Part shown: piece by piece, positions 56,301 to 64,000 of the stretch
Layout: every line of letters begins with the position of its first letter
Numbering within the stretch: the stretch's first letter is position 1
NCBI GenBank assembly: GCA_964016885.1
Contig: CAXHJY010001253.1
Coordinates: forward strand, 1-64,000
Length of the DNA: 64,000 bases
DNA from: Eledone cirrhosa
Lineage: Eukaryota
Direction of reading: 5' to 3'
Program-made: the position numbers and the translations under genes
Notes under the pieces: model-generated
Database searches by the model: none
Told to the model about the DNA's origin: nothing
The model's input: the letters and a program-made list of their open reading frames with translations, nothing else

Positions 56301-59300
56301 TTGCTGAAATTCACGCCACACATAGCCAATGAGTGTCTGCACATGTACCAGTAATTACAGATCGATCCGACCACGGGCGGCCGGCCCGCGATTGAAAAGG
56401 TAACTCCGCCGGCAAATCGTCATTTTTGGATTCGTTTTCTTCGAAGCACACCATTCGCCGGCGGACTTTGTTGACGTTTAACACGGTTTGGTTCCACAGC
56501 CACAACTATTGATTTTACGGAGATATCTTGCTGAAATTCACGCCACACATAGCCAATGAGTGTCTGCACATGTACCAGTAATTATAGATCGATCCGACCA
56601 CGGGCGGCCGGCCCGCGATTGAAAAGGTAACTCCGCCGGCAAATCGTCATTTTTGGATTCGTTTTCTTCGAAGCACACCATTCGCCGGCGGACTTTGTTG
56701 ACGTTTAACACGGTTTGGTTCCACAGCCACAACTATTGATTTTACGGAGATATCTTGCTGAAATTCACGCCACACATAGCCAATGAGTGTCTGCACATGT
56801 ACCAGTAATTACAGATCGATCCGACCACGGGCTGCCGGCCCGCGATTGAAAAGGTAACTCCGCCGGCAAATCGCCATTTTTGGATTCGTTTTCTTCGAAG
56901 CACACCATTCGCCGGCGGACTTTGTTGACGTTTAACACGGTTTGGTTCCACAGCCACAACTATTGATTTTACGGAGATATCATGCTGAAATTCACGCCAC
57001 ACATAGCCAATGAGTGTCTGCACATGTACCAGTAATTACAGATCGATCCGACCACGGGCGGCCGGCCCGCGATTGAAAAGGTAACTCCGCCGGCAAATCG
57101 CCATTTTTGGATTCGTTTTCTTCGAAGCACACCATTCGCCGGCGGACTTTGTTGACGTTTAACACGGTTTGGTTCCACAGCCACAACTATTGATTTTACG
57201 GAGATATCTTGCTGAAATTCACGCCACCCATAGCCAATGAGTGTCTGCACATGTACCAGTAATTACAGATCGACCCGACCACGGGCGGCCGGCCCGCGAT
57301 TGAAAAGGTAACTCCGCCGGCAAATCGTCATTTTTGGATTCGTTTTCTTCGAAGCACACCATTCGCCGGCGGACTTTGTTGACGTTTAACACGGTTTGGT
57401 TCCACAGCCACAACTATTGATTTTACGGAGATATCTTGCTGAAATTCACGCCACCCATAGCCAATGAGTGTCTGCACATGTACCAGTAATTACAGATCGA
57501 TCCGACCACGGGCGGCCGGCCCGCGATTGAAAAGGTAACTCCGCCGGCAAATCGTCATTTTTGGATTCGTTTTCTTCGAAGCACACCATTCGCCGGCGGA
57601 CTTTGCTGACGTTTAACACGGTTTGGTTCCACAGCCACAACTATTGATTTTACGGAGATATCTTGCTGAAATTCACGCCACCCATAGCCAATGAGTGTCT
57701 GCACATGTACCAGTAATTACAGATCGATCCGACCACGGGCGGCCGGGCCGTGATTGAAAAGGTAACTCCGCCGGCAAATCGTCATTTTTGGATTCGTTTT
57801 CTTCGAAGCACACCATTCGCCGGCGGACTTTGTTGACGTTTAACACGGTTTGGTTCCACAGCCACAACTATTGATTTTACGGAGATATCTTGCTGAAATT
57901 CACGCCACCCATAGCCAATGAGTGTCTGCACATGTACCAGTAATTACAGATCGACCCGACCACGGGCGGCCGGCCCGCGATTGAAAAGGTAACTCCGCCG
58001 GCAAATCGTCATTTTTGGATTCGTTTTCTTCGAAGCACACCATTCGCCGGCGGACTTTGCTGACGTTTAACACGGTTTGGTTCCACAGCCACAACTATTG
58101 ATTTTACGGAGATATCTTGCTGAAATTCACGCCACACATAGCCAATGAGTGTCTGCACATGTACCAGTAATTACAGATCGATCCGACCACGGGCGGCCGG
58201 CCCGCGATTGAAAAGGTAACTCCGCCGGCAAATCGTCATTTTTGGATTCGTTTTCTTCGAAGCACACCATTCGCCGGCGGACTTTGTTGACGTTTAACAC
58301 GGTTTGGTTCCACAGCCACAACTATTGATTTTACGGAGATATCTTGCTGAAATTCACGCCACACATAGCCAATGAGTGTCTGCACATGTACCAGTAATTA
58401 CAGATCGATCCGACCACGGGCGGCCGGCCCGCGATTGAAAAGGTAACTCCGCCGGCAAATCGTCATTTTTGGATTCGTTTTCTTCGAAGCACACCATTCG
58501 CCGGCGGACTTTGTTGACGTTTAACACGGTTTGGTTCCACAGCCACAACTATTGATTTTACGGAGATATCTTGCTGAAATTCACGCCACACATAGCCAAT
58601 GAGTGTCTGCACATGTACCAGTAATTATAGATCGATCCGACCACGGGCGGCCGGCCCGCGATTGAAAAGGTAACTCCGCCGGCAAATCGTCATTTTTGGA
58701 TTCGTTTTCTTCGAAGCACACCATTCGCCGGCGGACTTTGTTGACGTTTAACACGGTTTGGTTCCACAGCCACAACTATTGATTTTACCGAGATATCTTG
58801 CTGAAATTCACGCCACACATAGCCAATGAGTGTCTGCACATGTACCAGTAATTACAGATCGATCCGACCACGGGCGGCCGGCCCGCGATTGAAAAGGTAA
58901 CTCCGCCGGCAAATCGTCATTTTTGGATTCGTTTTCTTCGAAGCACACCATTCGCCGGCGGACTTTGCTGACGTTTAACACGGTTTGGTTCCACAGCCAC
59001 AACTATTGATTTTACGGAGATATCTTGCTGAAATTCACGCCACACATAGCCAATGAGTGTCTGCACATGTACCAGTAATTACAGATCGATCCGACCACGG
59101 GCGGCCGGCCCGCGATTGAAAAGGTAACTCCGCCGGCAAATCGTCATTTTTGGATTCGTTTTCTTCGAAGCACACCATTCGCCGGCGGACTTTGTTGACG
59201 TTTAACACGGTTTGGTTCCACAGCCACAACTATTGATTTTACGGAGATATCTTGCTGAAATTCACGCCACACATAGCCAATGAGTGTCTGCACATGTACC

Positions 59301-59488
59301 AGTAATTACACATCGATCCGACCACGGGCGGCCGGGCCGTGATTGAAAAGGTAACTCCGCCGGCAAATCGTCATTTTTGGATTCGTTTTCTTCGAAGCAC
59401 ACCATTCGCCGGCGGACTTTGCTGACGTTTAACACGGTTTGGTTCCACAGCCACAACTATTGATTTTACGGAGATATCTTGCTGAAAT
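38378..59488 (+). repeat. Homogeneous type-A block 2: 93 x 227-bp monomers
   Basis: (59489-38378)/227 = 93 exactly. It uses largely the same variant sites as block 1. Confidence 0.98.
50409..55856 (+). repeat. 12-monomer (2724-bp) tandem duplication
   Basis: The series is repeated from 50409 and 53133. Private allele GCCGGTGGAC at 52603 and 55327 (+2724). Confidence 0.9.
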
Positions 59489-62400
59489 TCACGCCACACA
59501 TAGCCAATGAGTGTCTGCACATGTACCAGTAATTACACATCGATCCGACCACGGGCGGCTGGCCCGCGATTGAAAAGGTAACTCCGCCGGCAAATCGTCA
59601 TTTTTGGATTCGTTTTCTTCGAAGCACACCATTCGCCGCCGGACTTCAGCTGCCTCATTTAGCATGGGCAGTTTTTTTTGAAAATCACACCACACACAAC
59701 CAATGTGTGTCTGCACATGTACCAGTAATTACAGATCGATCCCACCACGGGCGGCCGGCCCACAATCGAAAAGGTTACTCCGCCTGCAAATCGTCATTTT
59801 CGGATTCGTTTTCTTCGAAGCACACCATTCGCCGGCGGACTTCAGCTGCCTCATTTAGCATGGGCAGTTTTTCTTGAAGATCACACCACACACAGCCAAT
59901 GAGTGTCTGCACATGTACCAGTAATTAGAGATCGATCCGACCACGGGCGGCCGGCCCACGATCGAGAAAAAGGTAACTCCGCCGGCAAATCGTCATTTTT
60001 GTGATCCGTTTTCTTCGAAGCACACCATTCGCCGCCGGACTTCAGCTGCCTCATTTAGCATGGGCAGTTTTTTTTGAAAATCACACCACACACAACCAAT
60101 GTGTGTCTGCACATGTACCAGTAATTACAGATCGATCCGACCACGGGCGGCCGGCCCGCGATTGAAAAGGTAACTCCGCCGGCAAATCGTCATTTTTGTG
60201 ATTCGTTTTCTTCGAAGCACACCATTCGCCGCCGGACTTCAGCTGCCTCATTTAGCATGGGAGTTTTTTTTGAAAATCACACCACACACAACCAATGTGT
60301 GTCTGCACATGTACCAGTAATTACAGATCGATCCCACCACGAGTTCAATGTAAACAAACTTACGCTCAACGACTTTGTTGACGTTTAACACGGTTTGGTT
60401 CCACAGCCACAACTATTGATTTTACGGAGATATCTTGCTGAAATTCACGCCACACATAGCCAATGAGTGTCTGCACATGTACCAGTAATTACAGATCGAT
60501 CCGACCAGGGGCGGCCGGCCCGCGATTGAAAAGGTAACTCCGCCGGCAAATCGTCATTTTTGGATTCGTTTTCTTCGAAGCACACCATTCGCCGGCGGAC
60601 TTTGTTGACGTTTAACACGGTTTGGTTCCACAGCCACAACTATTGATTTTAAGGAGATATCTTGCTGAAATTCACGCCACACATAGCCAATGAGTGTCTG
60701 CACATGTACCAGTAATTACAGATCGATCCGACCAGGGGCGGCCGGCCCGCGATTGAAAAGGTAACTCCGCCGGCAAATCGTCATTTTTGTGATTCGTTTT
60801 CTTCGAAGCACACCATTCGCCGGCGGACTTTGTTGACGTTTAACACGGTTTGGTTCCACAGCCACAACTATTGATTTTAAGGAGATATCTTGCTGAAATT
60901 CACGCCACACATAGCCAATGAGTGTCTGCATATGTACCAGTAATTACAGATCGATCCGACCACGGACGGCCGGCCCGCGATTGAAAAGGTAACTCCGCCG
61001 GCAAATCGTCATTTTCGGATTCGTTTTCTTCGAAGCACACCATTCGCCGGCGGACTTCAGCTGCCTCATTTAGCATGGGCAGTTTTTCTTGAAGATCACA
61101 CCACACACAGCCAATGAGTGTCTGCACATGTACCAGTAATTACAGATGGATCCCACCACGGGCGGCCGGCCCACAATCGAAAAGGTTACTCCGCCTGCAA
61201 ATCGTCATTTTCGGATTCGTTTTCTTCGAAGCACACCATTCGCCGGCGGACTTCAGCTGCCTCATTTAGCATGGGCAGTTTTTCTTGAAGATCACACCAC
61301 ACACAGCCAATGAGTGTCTGCACATGTACCAGTAATTAGAGATCGATCCGACCACGGGCGGCCGGCCCACGATCGAGAAAAAGGTAACTCCGCCGGCAAA
61401 TCGTCATTTTTGTGATCCGTTTTCTTCGAAGCACACCATTCGCCGCCGGACTTCAGCTGCCTCATTTAGCATGGGCAGTTTTTTTTGAAAATCACACCAC
61501 ACACAACCAATGTGTGTCTGCACATGTACCAGTAATTACAGATCGATCCGACCACGGGCGGCCGGCCCGCGATTGAAAAGGTAACTCCGCCGGCAAATCG
61601 TCATTTTTGTGATTCGTTTTCTTCGAAGCACACCATTCGCCGCCGGACTTCAGCTGCCTCATTTAACATGGGCAGTTTTTTTTTAAAATCACACCACATA
61701 CAACCAATGTGTGTCTGCACATGTACCAGTAATTACAGATCGATCCCACCACGGGCGGCCGGCCCACAATCGAAAAGGTTACTCCGCCTGCAAATCGTCA
61801 TTTTCGGATTCGTTTTCTTCGAAGCACACCATTCGCCGCCGGACTTCAGCTGCCTCATTTAGCATGGGCAGTTTTTCTTGAAGATCACACCACACACAGC
61901 CAATGAGTGTCTGCACATGTACCAGTAATTAGAGATCGATCCGACCACGGGCGGCCGGCCCACGATCGAGAAAAAGGTAACTCCGCCGGCAAATCGTCAT
62001 TTTTGTGATCCGTTTTCTTCGAAGCACACCATTCGCCGCCGGACTTCAGCTGCCTCATTTAGCATGGGCAGTTTTTTTTGAAAATCACACCACACACAAC
62101 CAATGTGTTTCTGCACATGTACCAGTAATTACAGATCGATCCCACCACGAGTTCAATGTAAACTAACTTACGCTCAACGACTTTGTTGACGTTTAACACG
62201 GTTTGGTTCCACAGCCACAACTATTGATTTTAAGGAGATATCTTGCTGAAATTCACGCCACACATAGCCAATGAGTGTCTGCACATGTACCAGTAATTAC
62301 AGATCGATCCGACCACGGGCGGCCAGCCCGCGATTGAAAAGGTAACTCCGCCGGCAAATCGTCATTTTTGGATTCGTTTTCTTCGAAGCACACCATTCGC

Positions 62401-64000
62401 CGGCGGACTTTGTTGACGTTTAACACGGTTTGGTTCCACAGCCACAACTATTGATTTTAAGGAGATATCTTGCTGAAATTCACGCCACACATAGCCAATG
62501 AGTGTCTGCACATGTACCAGTAATTACAGATCGATCCGACCAGGGGCGGCCGGCCCGCGATTGAAAAGGTAACTCCGCCGGCAAATCGTCATTTTTGGAT
62601 TCGTTTTCTTGGAAGCACACCATTCGCCGGCGGACTTTGTTGACGTTTAACACGGTTTGGTTCCACAGCCACAACTATTGATTTTAAGGAGATATCTTGC
62701 TGAAATTCACGCCACACATAGCCAATGAGTGTCTGCACATGTACCAGTAATTACAGATCGATCCGACCACGGGCGGCCGGCCCGCGATTGAAAAAGTAAC
62801 TCCGCCGGCAAATCGTCATTTTTGTGATCCGTTTTCTTCGAAGCACACCATTCGCCGCCGGACTTCAGCTGCCTCATTTAGCATGGGCTGTTTTTTTTGA
62901 AAATCACACCACACACAACCAATGTGTGTCTGCACATGTACCAGTAATTACAGATCGATCCCCCCACGGGCGGCCGGCCCACAATCGAAAAGGTTACTCC
63001 GCCTGCAAATCGTCATTTTCGGATTCGTTTTCTTCGAAGCACACCATTCGCCGGCGGACTTCAGCTGCCTCATTTAGCATGGGCAGTTTTTCTTGAAGAT
63101 CACACCACACACAGCCAATGAGTGTCTGCACATGTACCAGTAATTAGAGATCGATCCGACCACGGGCGGCCGGCCCACGATCGAGAAAAAGGTAACTCCG
63201 CCGGCAAATCGTCATTTTTGTGATCCGTTTTCTTCGAAGCACACCATTCGCCGCCGGACTTCAGCTGCCTCATTTAGCATGGGCAGTTTTTTTTGAAAAT
63301 CACACCACACACAACCAATGTGTGTCTGCACATGTACCAGTAATTACAGATCGATCTGACCACGGGCGGCCGGCCCGCGATTGAAAAGGTAACTCCGCCG
63401 GCAAATCGTCATTTTTGTGATTCGTTTTCTTCGAAGCACACCATTCGCCGCCGGACTTCAGCTGCCTCATTTAGCATGGGCAGTTTTTTTTGAAAATCAT
63501 ACCACACACAACCAATGTGTGTCTGCACATGTACCAGTAATTACAGATCGATCCCACCACGAGTTCAATGTAAACAAACTTACGCTCAACGACTTTGTTG
63601 ACGTTTAACACGGTTTGGTTCCACAGCCACAACTATTGATTTTACGGAGATATCTTGCTGAAATTCACACCACACACAGCCAATGAGTGTCTGCACATGT
63701 ACCAGTAATTAGAGATCGATCCGACCACGGGCGGCCGGCCCACGATCGAGAAAAAGGTAACTCCGCCGGCAAATCGTCATTTTTGTGATCCGTTTTCTTC
63801 GAAGCACACCATTCGCCGCCGGACTTCAGCTGCCTCATTTAGCATGGGCAGTTTTTTTTGAAAATCACACCACACACAACCAATGTGTGTCTGCACATGT
63901 ACCAGTAATTACAGATCGATCCGACCACGGGCGGCCGGCCCGCGATTGAAAAGGTAACTCCGCCGGCAAATCGTCATTTTTGTGATTCGTTTTCTTCGAA
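59489..64000 (+). repeat. Mixed island 2 (truncated by window end), a copy of island 1
   Basis: Same unit order and private variants as 28326 onward at offset 31163 (59489/28326, 60445/29282, 62253/31090). It lacks one 1215-bp unit. Confidence 0.95.

Larger units (their letters stand above)
1..64000 (+). repeat. Satellite DNA array (227-bp monomer family with 196-200-bp and 168-bp variants), head-to-tail, running off both window ends
   Basis: The motif GCACATGTACCAGTAATTACAGATCGATCC recurs in every monomer (occasional single-base variants) across the window, in the same orientation. I saw no unique or inverted sequence. Confidence 0.99.

Noticed and set aside
178-63608. Hundreds of 60-93-aa ORFs (MWLWNQTVLNV..., MQTLIGY..., MIRFLRST...)
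   Set aside because: They recur about once per monomer, and the main one starts at GTG. 227 is not a multiple of 3, and I recognise no domain. A single substitution at 13859 closes one copy. They are by-products of the repeat.
1-64000. CRISPR array or repeat-spacer system
   Set aside because: There are no unique spacers, only three recurring modules. Unit size is wrong and there are no cas genes.
1-64000. Rolling-circle or sequencing concatemer artefact
   Set aside because: Variants are shared, ordered and nested in higher-order patterns, with three monomer types. That indicates evolved genomic sequence, although exact copy numbers still need read support.

Overview
The whole 64 kb is one head-to-tail, single-orientation satellite DNA array, most likely eukaryotic and centromeric or pericentromeric in style. 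I cannot name the family or species, and I find no credible genes. The ~64-aa ORFs recur once per monomer and are artefacts of the repeat. Three modular monomer types occur. Type A (227 bp) is a 65-bp head, a 93-bp core ending in GACTT, and a 69-bp tail-A. Type B (196/197/200 bp) has the same head and core plus a 38-bp tail-B that forms a hairpin followed by a T-tract. Type C (168 bp) is head + unique 29-bp linker + GACTT + tail-A. Two nearly invariant pure-A blocks (178-28325, 124 units; 38378-59488, 93 units; exact 227-bp phase) alternate with more diverged mixed A/B/C islands (28326-38377 and 59489-end). The most interesting signals are: (1) an apparent record of A arising from B+C by a GACTT-microhomology deletion; (2) nested higher-order repeats of 4 to 12 monomers, plus 1.2 kb, 4.7 kb and ~27-31 kb duplications; (3) a CENP-B-box-like 17-mer enclosed by an inverted repeat, with a high density of short palindromes; (4) a terminator-like hairpin plus T-tract found only in B monomers. 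All functional interpretations are inference.
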